A stretch of DNA of 64,000 bases from Octopus sinensis. Lineage: Eukaryota. Shown here one piece after another: positions 1-12,575 of this stretch. Where the stretch lies: NCBI RefSeq assembly GCF_006345805.1, contig NC_043002.1:47058001-47122000 (forward strand). The letters run 5' to 3'. Under the pieces are notes generated by a model, which did no database searches, was not told the origin of the DNA, and worked only from the letters and a program-made list of their open reading frames with translations. Positions within the stretch are counted from its first letter, which is position 1. Every line of letters starts with the position of its first letter. A program made the translations under genes and the position numbers.

Positions 1-215
1 TTAGGGAGGAGGGGGGGGTTCATAGAAACGTGCACACACGCCCACATACATACATACACAGTTTGTTAGCCTTTTACTTGTTGACTTCGTATTAAAGATG
101 TAGAAGCTGTGGAAATTACTTTACTATAATTGTAATATATTGACCTAAATAATATTGTCGACCGGTTCTTTTTTTTTTATTTAATCCAAAATTGATGCAT
201 GTAATGAAGAGAGTT

Positions 216-424
216 ACTCTCTTTTACTTGTTTCAGTCATTTGACTGCGGCCATGCTGGAGCACCGCCTTTAGTCGAGCAAATCGACCCCCGGGACTTAT
301 TCTTTGTAAGCCCAGTACTTATTCTATCGATCTCTTTTGCCGAACCGCTAAGTGACGGGGACGTAAACACACCAGCATCGGTTGTCAAGCAATGCTTGGG
401 GAACAAACACAGACACACAAACAC

Positions 425-455
<31 letters not shown>

Positions 456-627
456 CATATATACGACAGGCTTCTTTCAGTTTCCGTCTACCAAATCCAC
501 TCACAAGGCATTGGTCGGCCCAGGGCTATAGCAGAAGACACTTGCCCAAGGTGCCACGCAGTGGGACTGAACCCGGAACCATGTGGTTGGTTAGCAAGCT
601 ACTTACCACACAACCACTCCTGCGCCT
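216..627 (-). mobile_element. Full-length tRNA-derived octopus-type SINE (family 1) with internal (CA)/(TA) microsatellite
   Basis: Minus strand: head ggcgcaggagtggttgtgtggtaag...ggttccgggttcagtccc, body, tail ggcggtgctccagcatggccgcagtcaaatgactgaaacaagtaaaag. Partial copies at ~19325, 22940, 34685, 37240, 39590, 63130. Confidence 0.85.
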
Positions 628-756
628 TCAAATTTTCGTAATTTAATATGCAGTGTAAGCGAACATTTAAGAATATATTCCTTAATTCAAACCTTGTTCA
701 CTTGTGAACATAATTGCCGACTGCTGGCTGTATTAGCATTATTAGTAGTGTGAGGA

Positions 757-1150
757 TGGCGGCGAGCTGTCAGAAACGTTAGCACGCCGGGCGAAATGCG
801 TAGCCGTATTTCGTCTGCCGTTACGTTCTGAGTTCAAATTCCGCCGAGGTCGACTTTGCCTTTCATCCTTTCGGGTTCGATTAAATAAGTACCAGTTACG
901 CACTGGGGTCGATGTAATCGATTTAATCCCTTTGTCTGTCCTTGTTTGTCCTCTCTGTGTTTAGCCCCTTGTGGGTAGTAAAGAAATAGGTATTTCGTCT
1001 GCCGCTACGTTCTGGGTTCAAATTTCGCCGAGGTCGACTTTGTCTTTCATGCTTTCGGGGTCGATGAAATAAGTACTTGTGAAACACTGGAGGTCGACGT
1101 AATCGACTTAATCCCTTTCCCCAAATTAGAGGCCTTGTGCTTCCAGTAGA
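757..1150 (+). mobile_element. Octopus-type SINE family 2 (ggcggcgagctg.cagaaacgttagcacgccgggcg...), internally duplicated
   Basis: Near-identical copies at 14330-14640 (-), 16455-16850 (+) and 45268-45535 (+); degenerate copies at ~41310, 62500, 62720. Confidence 0.85.
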
Positions 1151-1529
1151 AAGGATTATTAGTAGCGTAAGGAGGACGGGTGAGAGAATCAGTAGAATGA
1201 GTGGATAAGAATACTTTAGGATTTGATGATTACTTACTTTGCCTTACGTTCTGAGTTCAAATGTTATTTTTGCCCCATTTCCGAGTCAATAAATAAAGAA
1301 TCAGTCAAGTACTGAGGTTGATATAATCGACTCCCCCACCCCTAACGCTTTGAATTTAGATCCCACTGGGGACGGCATTGATATTTCATTCTTCCAGGGT
1401 TGATTAAATAAGTGCCATTAATATTTTTTGCAAAACGCTTCTAATCGATTATATTCATCTTATATAATATGCAATCTTCTGTCAGCGTAGGAAATCATTA
1501 ATAACTAACTACTAAGCCACGCGCCTTCA

Positions 1530-1604
1530 CACGCACACACACACACACACACACACATGCACACGCACACCACACACACACACGCGCACACACACACACA
1601 CACG

Positions 1605-1675
<71 letters not shown>
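1530..1675. repeat. (CA)n microsatellite; similar tracts at 10378-10488 and 48140-48190
   Basis: Direct reading. Confidence 0.97.
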
Positions 1676-1678
<3 letters not shown>

Positions 1679-2224
1679 CGCATATCTATGTTTCTATTTA
1701 TCTGTAAATGTAATATGTGACAATTATTGGGTAGCCATGATAAAACTCCGAGTTTCGGATGTCCGGGTGGAAATTCACGCCGCCATTACATTTACAGATA
1801 AATTCCTCTATTTACATAATATCGAGGTCTCTTTCATTCTTTCGCTGTCTTACCATTTCTATCAATATGTTTCTATTTATGTATGTTGTTTGAAAGTAAT
1901 CGAACCAAATTTTCATTATTTCGAGCCACTTACCCAATGAGAATTTTTGCCAAATTTGGTAAAAATCTGTTTAGCCGTTTTCTAGTAATTTTGCAAACAC
2001 ACAGACAAACAGACAAAGACGTGTGATTACAATACCCTGCCTTCGCTTACGCGCGCGAGGTGACAAAAAACAAAATAAAAAAAAATGTTAAAGTATGAGA
2101 AAAGTATATACTAAAACTACCATATATGTATGAGTGTGAGTGTGTGAGTGTATGTATGTATGTATGTATGTATGTGTGCAGATTTGTATGTTTTGTTTTA
2201 TGTATGCCTTCTCATGCATATCTA

Positions 2225-2640
2225 GACATGCTCAGATATACTTAAATGATAAACTTCTGGAAAGTTTTACAGATTTTTACAGTTCCAGTGATGGATTGGA
2301 TCTGTAGTCTGATAAAGTAATCCTCCTTTCTGGTTTTGAGAAGCCTAATTTCTCAAGATTGGTATTCACGTAGTGTGTTACATATACTAGTGCTCAAGTT
2401 ATTACAGGTATAAACCTGAACTCTGTAATCTGGATAGAGTAACTGCAGATTTCTCAAAAGTTCAGCATAGGTATTCTGTTTTTCACTGATCTTCAGCTTT
2501 ATGTTAACATTCACTGGGCAGCTGATTTCCATAACTGTACATAGTTTCTCTTCTTTATCCCAAGTCATTATATCAGGTCTGTTGTGCTTACATTTTATTG
2601 AGGTTTTCACAGGGACAATCCACTAGTAATCCTTTTTATT
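2225..2640 (-). mobile_element. 3' fragment of an RLE-type non-LTR retrotransposon (R4/Dong/CRE-like restriction-like endonuclease)
   Basis: RPDIMTWDKEEKLCTVMEISCPVNVN..KISEKQNTYAEL (PD-(D/E)xK-type); C-terminal QIQSITGTVKICKTFQKF. Confidence 0.75.
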
Positions 2641-2723
2641 ATGAGTGGCTATGGCTTCTACCATGCTGTTGGTTCTTATTTCGTTGTACTGTATGTATGT
2701 ATGTATGTATGTATGTATTTTTG

Positions 2724-3443
2724 CATCCAACGTCTAAAGTTTGACACTTGCTGGATTGTGTCATCATTCGCAAGCATGACGTCTCTGACATTTGTAATGT
2801 CAAGTCCTTTAATGGTTCGCAGTGCTGGGCAGACCACAGCCTGGTGCGAACAAAGTTCCGGATGATGAACATCACGAGCAAGACCCTCTCGCCATGTATT
2901 CTGCATCTTCCTGAGAGATCGCTGCAGTAGTGATTTTACACTACTGTAGTGGGCAAGTGCTAGATTTCGCTGCACAACTGAAAGTCCTTTGTGCAGTAAT
3001 ACATTGTGGCCATGGTGCTTTATCACCAGCAGTCGCTGAACTTCCGCATCATTTTCATCAAGCCAGTCCCTGTGTCTGGCAGTAGCGTACCCCAGTGTTT
3101 CAGCTGCACATTGAAAAACCTGGTCTTGAAAATCTTTCCACGCTGCAGTATTTTCAGTACTGGATAAACGATTCTGAAGCCTTATCTTCACCACAGCGTC
3201 ACATGTCGTATGGACATTTAGACGCCAAGGAATGCCAACTGGCCCTCTTCTTTCTTTCAGTCTGATCATCATCCGAAACTTTGCTCGCAGCAGGCTGTGG
3301 TCCATCCAGCACTCCGAACCATGAAAGGACTTGACATAACAAATGTCACAGGTGTCACGCTTGCGAATAATGACATAATCCAGCAAGTACCAATCTTTAG
3401 ACTTTGGGTACATCCACGTTGTTGTGTGATCACCTCTGTGCAT
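2724..3443 (-). mobile_element. RTE-clade LINE fragment (APE endonuclease C-terminus plus linker), with an inverted copy of the endonuclease end at 2724-2867
   Basis: TTWMYPKSKDWYLLDYVIIRKRD...SECWMDHSLLRAK motif on the minus strand; the same motif on the plus strand at 2724-2867. Confidence 0.85.
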
Positions 3444-3959
3444 AAAATGAGTGCTTGTGATGTAAAGTTCGCATTTCTCGCAAAGCTACAGAAGCATGAG
3501 TCATTGCTATTCATCTTCCCTATTTATGTTCCAGAAATGTTTTTAGAATCTTAATTTTTTTTTTTACATAATGAGTAACGGGTCCTCTGGGAGCAGAAAA
3601 CATCCTTTCCTGGGTTACGTGGAGAAGAGAGGTAGCTTTTTGCAAAGTAACTTTCAGAAATTGATTGTCACCCTTACATCCTGCGCGATTAATCCGCTGA
3701 ACGTTTTTCATATTTTTAAAATATTGATATTAATTAATGTTTTTATTGACATTTAATTATTAATATAACAGTGTCATCTCAGTTCATTGCATGTATTTCT
3801 TAAAATTTGATAAGATATGGATATTATTTACCTTTTTTTATTGACATTTCATTATTAATATACAATTGTCATCTTATTTTATTACATCATATTTCTTGAC
3901 AAAATATCTCTAAAGAGAAGATCCTCAATTAATCGAAAAATCATCCCAATCTCAATTGG

Positions 3960-5172
3960 CTGCGTGAAAGAGTAATACTGGCTCCAAAACACAGCACTGT
4001 AAGTAAAATTAATGTGAAGCTGTTGCAGTACCTTCCTGTAAGTCCTCACATCTATAATTCAGTTGATACAATTCCAGATCCAGAAGAGGTGGTAAATTAT
4101 CCAACAGAATTTCTCAGTTCATTGGAGCCTCCAGTTCTCCCCACAGATTGGAACTTAAAGTGGGAACTCCAGTAATGTTATTGAGGAATGGGACATGCCT
4201 GGTGGTAAAGAAGATCATGTCATATGTTACTGAGGCCACCATTCTCTGTGGAGGTGGAAAAAGAGAGGATGTTTTCCTCTCATTCCATCGGGAGTAGAAA
4301 TTCTTTTTCATTCAGAAGAGTGCAATTTCCTATTCGTATCAGCTTCGCAATGTCTATCAATAAATTCCAGGACTTCACTTGGAAGATTCGGGTTTCTCAT
4401 ACGGGCAATTATATGTTGGCTGCTCTAGAGTGCGAATAAAAAAAATCTATTTGCATTTGTTCCGCAAAGAATATTGTTTACCAAGAGGTTTTATAGGAAT
4501 TACTAGATCCTATGATGCGCTCCAGTATCCACTGCTCTTTGTGAATGATGAAGATGGATACCATTTCGGCATAATACTAACCAATCCCGAATACTGTACC
4601 AACAAAGCAGTTTCCGTCATGGACTTTAATATCAAAGCATATTCTCCAATTACTTTCACCGATCACGCAATAAACCTTAGTTTTTCAAGTGGTTCATTAC
4701 TATATATTCTAATGTGATTGCATAGGCTCAGTTTATGTTTCTTATTCTACAGCCACACCAGCAACCCAACGTCAATCCTTCGCCTTCTGCAACATTTCAA
4801 CAGTTCATTTCCCCATTGCCGTCTCCCATTGCAGCCCCTTTCCGGAATGTACCTATTTACGTACAATATCTTCATTACACCGACGTTCATTCGACTGTCA
4901 ACCATACGTGTTAGACGTAACGCTGACCGCCACAAAGGAAAGTATATCCACTGACAGCTTTTCAGTACGTTCAAAAATTACGCACCCCACCCCCAATTTT
5001 CCATGACAGGTTAGGGCCTGGAATCCTCCAAACGGACGCTTGACGTGTCAGTCAAATTAGCCCATCAGTTACTCCACAAATGTATTGTCGTCAATACTGC
5101 ACGTTCCCGTATCACATGTTTCAACACAACTATGCCATTTTAATCCCGAGCAATGCTGGGTATCTCTGCTAG
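3960..5172 (+). mobile_element. Rearranged, decayed Helitron (PIF1-like helicase C-terminus, Rep-side fragments, 3' terminus)
   Basis: ERVILAPK, YPTEFLSSL, LELKVGTPVMLLRN, RRVQFPIRISFAMSINK, FSYGQLYVGCSRV, NIVYQEVL*; then RSYDALQYPLLF..EDGYH; hairpin cccgagcaatgctggg + CTAG|T at 5145-5173. Confidence 0.85.
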
Positions 5173-5180
5173 TATAAATA

Positions 5181-5309
5181 TAGGGTGATTCATAAGTCAC
5201 TATACATAGGAAACATTTATTTTTTAAATAAGAAACAGTTAAATAAAAAAAAATTGTTTCTTATAAAAAATAAATTGTTTTTATGTATGGCGACTTTTGA
5301 ATCACCCTG
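5181..5309. mobile_element. 129-bp Tc1/mariner-type MITE
   Basis: TIRs (t/c)agggtgattca(t/a)aagtc at both ends, extending ~30 bp imperfectly; TA on both flanks. Confidence 0.75.
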
Positions 5310-5399
5310 TATATATAAAAAAAACATAAAAAGAAAGAAGAAAAGCACTGCACATGTAAAGGAAAAAGTCAGCAATGCCTGTGCAAAATTTTAGTTTCA

Positions 5400-7900
5400 G
5401 TTGGGTTTGAACGACACCTCACAGACCCTCTCCACTCTATTGACATTATCCAGAGACAAGGTGAGGCAAGATGTCTAGTGCCAATATGAGTTGCTGGCTC
5501 AGGGATGTGGGAGCGCCATGATCTCAAGCATTAGCAAAAGATGCCCAAAATGTCCAATGCTATCCTCTGCATATCTGATTTTATATCAGAGTAGCCTTCT
5601 CCTAGGGACATGCTTCAACAAGAGCTAAGGGGTACCTCACTCCCAGTTGTCTTCCAGCACACGAGACACCATCCTGGAATTTCTGCGTGCTATTGCTAGA
5701 TAGTCGTTGAATTTTAATAGGTCTTGTCTTTAGTCCTGCTGGGTTTCTAGCAACCCTCCTCACTAGTTTAGCCTGGTGGAGTTGCCTGTTTAGTCACCAA
5801 CAACCCAACCAAGCAATAGATTGTACTGAGTTCCATGTTACCTGTAGCACACATGAGAGCCTCACAAGTGACCTAATGAAAATGACAGCAAGAAGCTTTT
5901 ACCATTTTATGAAGCAAGTTTATGGGCCTAAGAGCTCTGCATCAGTGCCCTTGCTTTCCAAGGTGTCTTCCACTCTGTTTACTACATCAACAGAGAACAT
6001 TTTTCTGAACTCCTAAACCGTAAGTCAGTTGTGGACGAAGCAGTGATTGACACTATGCAAGAGACCTGTCATTAGCTCCTAAAATTCCACGCTCCCAATA
6101 GATGAGGTAATGACAGCATAAGTAAATTGGATCTTGGTAAGGCACCTGGTAAGAATGGCATTTGGACTGCAATTTGATGGTGATTACTTCATACAATCCC
6201 TTCATGAACTTAATAGTGTAATCTGGAAGGATGGTGCAATGCCTGAGGACTGGGAGGATGCAATTATTCTTCCTCTCTATAAGGGAAAGGGAGCCAGAGT
6301 AGAATGTGGCAACTTTAAAGGTATTGCCCTACTATCAGCTGCTGGCAAGGTTCTGGCAAGTATTCTTCTTACCCGCCTGAACTGGTGTCTTGTAAATGAT
6401 GTCCTGTCTGAATTTCAATGTGGTTTCCGATCTAGAAGAAGAACGATGGATATGGTTTTCACAGCGAGACAGATGCAGGAAAGGTGCTATGAGCAGAATA
6501 TGGATCTTGTCCAGGTATTCATTGATTTAACCAAGGCCTTTGATACTGTGAATAGGGTCTCTCCATGGAAAATACGTGACAAACTTGGATGTCCGGATCA
6601 CTTTGTATCATTAATCAAATCATTTCATGATGGGATGGAGGCTTGGGTCAATGTTGGTGGTGGCATGACGGGACCAATTCCTGTAGAGAATGGTGTCAAG
6701 GAGGGTAACATCCTTGCTCCAACTATCTTTTCTCTGTACTTTGCTGCTACTCTTACTCATGCTTTTGATGTGGACAGCTCTCCTGGGATAAATGTTAGTA
6801 TCGACCTTCTGGCCGTCTTTTTAACCTGCGTTAATTTGCTGCCAATTCAAAAGTTTTCCAGTCTCTTATTCATGACATACTTTATGCAGATGATTATCAC
6901 TCATGCAGCAGATGATATGCAAATACATGTGAATCATATTTCTGCTTCTTGTAAGGAATTTGGACGCAGCATTAGCCTGGACAAGACTTTTGTAATGTTC
7001 CAGTCTGCATCAGGAAACCCATATGTGGAACCAGCTATCTTCGTTGAAGGAACAATACTGAAAGTGTTTGACAAGTTTGTCTACCTGGGCAGCACACTCA
7101 ACCGTTCTTGCTCCCTGGATGATGAAATATCTTTCAGGTTGCAGAGAGCAACTGATTACTTTAGGTCTCTTGAGTCTCGTGTCTGGTCCCACCATGGCAT
7201 CACAAGGTTAACAAAAATTGTTGTGTACCATGCACGTGTACTGACATCACTCCTTTACTCATGTGAGACATGTACCATTTACAAACGTCATGTAAAGGAC
7301 CTTGAACGCTTCCATCAAAAACGTCTGAAACATTCTGAACGTTGGCTAGACCTTAAAAACTCCAGATACACAGGTCCTGAGGAAAGCCTGTATCCTGAGT
7401 ATTGAGGCGATTGGTGCACAAACACCGGTTACGTTGGACCGGACACCTTGTTAGAATGTATGATTAGCAGGATTCCTAAACAGATGTTATATGGGGAACT
7501 TGTTAGTGGAAAGCGATCCCGACAGAGGCCAAGACTGCGATTTAAGGACTGTGTAAAGGCCTCATTAAAGGCCTGTGAAATGCAGGAGGCTGATTGGGAG
7601 AGCAATGCTTGTTATCGCCACGGATGGAGAAAACAAGTAAAGGAGGGAGTTGATACTTTTGAAAGAGCACGTATTCTTCATGAAGAATTTAAGCGTGCTG
7701 CTCAAAAACGCACTGCTGATGTAATGCATAGGGAAGGCTTAGTCTGCAATTTTTGCAGTAGTGTATGTTTGTGAAGAACAGGGCTCGTTAGTCACCAACA
7801 GAACCGTAAGAGTAAAGTATAAGGTAGTCTTGAGCGCACAATGTTCCTAAAGGTCAGTAATGGTTTTCCTCGGTCATGAGTGGACTTCCATCATCAATTA
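5400..7900 (+). mobile_element. RTE-clade (BovB-like) LINE, decayed ORF2: RT and C-terminal zinc finger
   Basis: LYKGKG..CGNFKGIALLS, QCGFRS, FIDLTKAFDTV, GVKEGNILAP, LLYSCET, RIPKQMLYGEL, CNFC; internal deletion before the RT; ends in catcatc then (TCTA)n. Confidence 0.9.
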
Positions 7901-7915
7901 TGTATGTGTATATAC

Positions 7916-8021
<106 letters not shown>

Positions 8022-8099
8022 ATAAATGTAAGATCCAGAGATCGAGATGCAGGAAGAAAGCTTTAAGTAGTCTGTAGTAGATATAAAAAAACAACTTTC

Positions 8100-9720
8100 A
8101 GGGACTATAATGGTTTATTAAGAGGGAAGAGCAGTGGTATTTGAAGAAAAGATAATGTGGAGGGAAAAGGTTGGGGAAATATTTTTGACCAAGGGGTAAA
8201 AAGTGTGCATGAAGAAAGCACAATAGAATGAGGAATTTAAGCACGGTCGTTTGACCGGTAATATTCAATAGGGCTGTTTTGGCCAAATCACAGAAATTAG
8301 CAAGGTAAGTGGTATTAGAAAAAAATAACGTGGAAGGAAGAGAGTGTGAAAATGTTTTTGGCCAAGGGGAGAAAAATATATGTGCATGAAGAAAGCAAGA
8401 AAGAATAGGGAAAATTCGTGGCGGCAACTACTAGATTTCAAAAGAGGAATGTATATTGTGTGCGGTGAGCGTGTTTACAGTGTAAAGTATTAGAGGTATA
8501 TGTTGGCATATGTACTTGTAAATTTACGAAGGGAGTGGGGTAGGAGTCGGGAGGCAGGTGAAATAAGACAAAAAATTTTAAACGGTAAGGAGAAATACAG
8601 AGAGAAGTATGTAAATGACAATAAAGAATTAAAAGGAAGATATATTGTCGGTTTAATATTCAATGGTAGTGAGGGTAGATAAGAGGGAAAATTTATGAAG
8701 GCTAGCGGGGAAAAGCGGGGTGGGGTTGTTGTTATTTGTATTTTGGGAATAGATTTAGTGATTGATGTTTGCAGGTAAAAATTATACTGCTGCGTTTATT
8801 AAGACAATCCGTGGATTGAAAAGTAGCCAAGTCCTCGGCTATGCAGAGATCACACTTGTTATTATGGCTGCTGTATAGCTTTGGGTGACTATGGTCCACT
8901 TGTGAGTGTAAGGAGTTGAATCAAACTTTAGTTTATTGATAAGCTGAGATAACGATGTACTGTTGGATTTTGTTTGGGATTTGAAACTGGGGTAGTGGTT
9001 GCTCACTCTAGCCTTGAAAGTGGTGCTACATGAACCGATATATATGTAGTTACAGTTGGCAGTTGATACTAGACACTTATAAACGATGTTTTTTGTGAGA
9101 CAACGGACAAGAGGCTGGACGTCTGAGGCTGCATGAGTTTGTAGTGGGTGTTCCGGATGAACTTGTGAGAGGATTGCTATTTAGTGAGGAATCGATGTCA
9201 GGATCGTTATTATTGCTGGCGTTAAGATCAATATTTAAGGAGTTGAGGGTTGTGTTGTGGAGTTGTATAATATGATAATTATTGTACCCGGTGGTATCTT
9301 CTGTGTCGTTCTCTATTTTTACAAAAGGTATAGTGGGTGTTGTGATAAATATAAGGATATGGTGTTAGTAGTGATTTATAGTTGGAGTTATGAGGGTTAG
9401 CGTTGTTAAAGGGGGTCAGTTGGTGTTTTGGGTTTACATGTATGGAGCTGGGGGTTATGTTGAGTTAATTTATTAGGATGGATTTTAGCTGGTTGCGGAT
9501 TTCTGTGTTTCTTATTGTTAAGATGTCGGATAACTTTGGCAATGTTGGCGGTAGTGGAGTAGGACAATTTTATAGATTGGTGGTGGTGGTGGTGGGGGGG
9601 GGGGGCGGGCGGAGGTTTAAATATTTTTCTAAGGAGGCTAGATTTAGGAAAATGTTTTTCGAGTAGAGCGAAGAAGAGTTTAGGTACTCGATTCTGAACA
9701 TATATATGTACATATATATG
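8100..9720 (-). mobile_element. Penelope-like element remnant (thumb/linker + GIY-YIG endonuclease + 3' UTR)
   Basis: Minus strand: LLEKHFPKSSLLRKIF..IKLSYS; NIVYKC..YIGSCSTTFKARVSNH..; CDLC; NKRS..C.H. Confidence 0.85.
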
Positions 9721-9727
9721 CACAGAT

Positions 9728-9974
9728 GAATTTGAAAATTCAAACTTTTTGTTTATTTCCAGTTAGAACAAAAGTCCGACACGTGTTTCGATCGCACCGA
9801 TCGCATATTGTTGCATATTCATATGCAGTGATTTATGTATTATTGGTACCGTCTTTTCAGGGTAAATAACTCGCTGAATATGAATATGCAATAATATGCG
9901 ATTGGTGTGTTCGAAACACGTGTCGGACTTTTATTCTAACTATAAATAAACAAAAAGTTTGAATGTTCAAATTC
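9728..9974. repeat. Imperfect inverted repeat, ~103-bp arms, pLTR-derived
   Basis: 9728-9830 vs 9872-9974, roughly 85-90% identical by eye; abuts the Penelope remnant. Confidence 0.9.
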
Positions 9975-10373
9975 TTCATTCTCCCCATTTTAATATTATT
10001 CTTCACACTCAAAGTAGCCAAGAAATAAGCTGGAACATCGGATGAGAGCTTAGGGTAGATTACTAAAAAAACGTACCATCCGAAGGAACCAGCCTTGGCA
10101 TTTTACCCTGAGAAATTCGATATCTGCTTGTATATGATATAGTTCCTCTCACTTACACACACACACACGAAATTATATATATGACAAAGGAACAGGAAAT
10201 TATTTAATGAACATCATTAGCTTAAAGCTGTTTCTGCCATAAAACGCAGTGCACTTAGAACCGAGTGCTTGTCATCACCTTATAGCTTCTTCAGAGCTTA
10301 AAAATATCAAGTCCAAGTTTATTTGGGAAAACGTTTACGTGCATGGAAAAGTCGTAAAACACGCACACAAACG

Positions 10374-10490
<117 letters not shown>

Positions 10491-10733
10491 GCACACGCAT
10501 ACACACATACATACACAAGCACAATGACTAGTGGTGTATAAAGGTTGAAGGATAAAATCCACTTTCAGAAGTACATAAGTTTAGATACTTTCTGTATATA
10601 CAAAGGTGTATGATGAAAACCTATAAAAATAATTGCAAATACACATACATAACTGATAGACAGAACACTATATGTTATAAAACATACAATTAACATATCT
10701 CTATGTATACATATAAAGAGAAAGCACGTAGTT

Positions 10734-10832
<99 letters not shown>

Positions 10833-11488
10833 CGTGTCTGTCTGTATGTCTGTCTATACTCATACACATGCGCATACTTGCACACATATACACACATGCA
10901 CACCTACACTTACATACACGCTCTCTCTCCCCCCCTCTCTCTCTCTCTAATACACACACACAACCAGGGTGGAAACCATGGTTGCTCTCAGTTATGTTCC
11001 AGGTTACGGCTAACCGCATCGATTGGTATTTAACGTCTATGACTATTATTAGTTTGTATATTTCTTCAATGGGTAATTCCGTGTTCGCTTCTCTGGAGGT
11101 AATATATTCTGGAGTGCATATTAGCAATAATTATAACGATATACAATATGGAGACTTGTTCATCCTCAAGATTTATTTCCTTTTATTTTGTAATTACACA
11201 CAGCATATTGCTATGGTTGTTACGACTTACACATGGTTTCACTGCACAAAGTATGAGCAGTTGCACATGTAACCAGGCTTGATTTTCTGTGCAGTTTCTT
11301 ACACGTGTAAGTCGTAACAACCATAAGAATATGCTATATAATGAGAGGAAATAAATCTTGAGGGTGAACAAGTTTCCATATACTGTATCGCTACACACAC
11401 ACACACACACGCACACATGCAAATACATGTAAGAGAGGCAGATCCGTTCATAGATACACATGCGGTTCTATACTGGTAGACTTACAGA

Positions 11489-11525
<37 letters not shown>

Positions 11526-11570
11526 ACATTAGCCATTTGAATGTGGCTAGGGACAGAGAATTATTATTGC

Positions 11571-11606
<36 letters not shown>

Positions 11607-11825
11607 TATCTATAAAATAATATGTTACATTACTCAATAGTCAAGATAAAACTCTGAGTTTCAGATGCCGAAGTGGAAATCCACTTCGGTTATCTGGCCA
11701 TCTGAAAAACGCTATTCAGATGGCCAGATAACCGAAGAGATGGTGTTGTGGATTTCCACTTCGGCATCTGAAACTCAGAGTTTTATCTTGACTATTGAGT
11801 AATGTAACATATTATTTTATAGATA
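11607..11825. repeat. 219-bp fold-back palindrome (78-bp + 22-bp perfect stems)
   Basis: 11607-11684 = revcomp 11748-11825; 11685-11706 = revcomp 11715-11736. Confidence 0.95.
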
Positions 11826-11907
11826 AATTTCCTCTATTTACGTAATATTGAGGGTTCTTTCTTTCTTTTGTTATCTTACCGTTTTTACCAATACATATAT
11901 ATATATA

Positions 11908-11939
<32 letters not shown>

Positions 11940-12575
11940 CAAGAAAAAAGAAACAAGAATGGATTAATTGTTCAGTACAATTGTTTCATACGAAGAACAG
12001 ATTTATTAAAAGCTGCAAATATTGCAGCAAATACAAGTGTCCCGTTTTCCTCAGCCAAAACACATATGAGTTTTCCAAACATCCTAGGGGGTGAGGCTAC
12101 ACTCATGAAGTGTCGAAGAGAGTTCTATGAAATGCAAAGTTAGATTGTAAGCAGACTTAAAATGTTTTCTAATGATGCACAGTTTTATAAAAGGTTTTTT
12201 AAAAAGATTGTTAGCTTCACAGAAAAGGTAAATCCACCCATAATAATGTAGATGTAATTTCCGGAGATATGAGGAGAGATTTTATTCTCAGAGAAGATGA
12301 ATGTATCCATAATAATGCAGATGTAATTTCCTGATATATGAGGAGAAGATGTTGATCACACATCTATTCGTTTCACCAAACTACGTTGTTGGAAGAAGAG
12401 ATTGGCTATAGTGGCTGAAAGAAGTCGCAAAAGAAGTTCATTTTAGAAGTATTTTCTTAAAAATATGATGATGATTATTAAGTAAAAAATTTAACACATT
12501 TTACAAATTTACACTTATATTTAAACAATTTTCAGTTTTACAAATGTTACCCTTGGTCATGAAGCCCAATGACTA

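Noticed and set aside
192-646. ORFs of 149, 69 and 84 aa
   Set aside because: They read through a SINE and its internal microsatellite; not genes.
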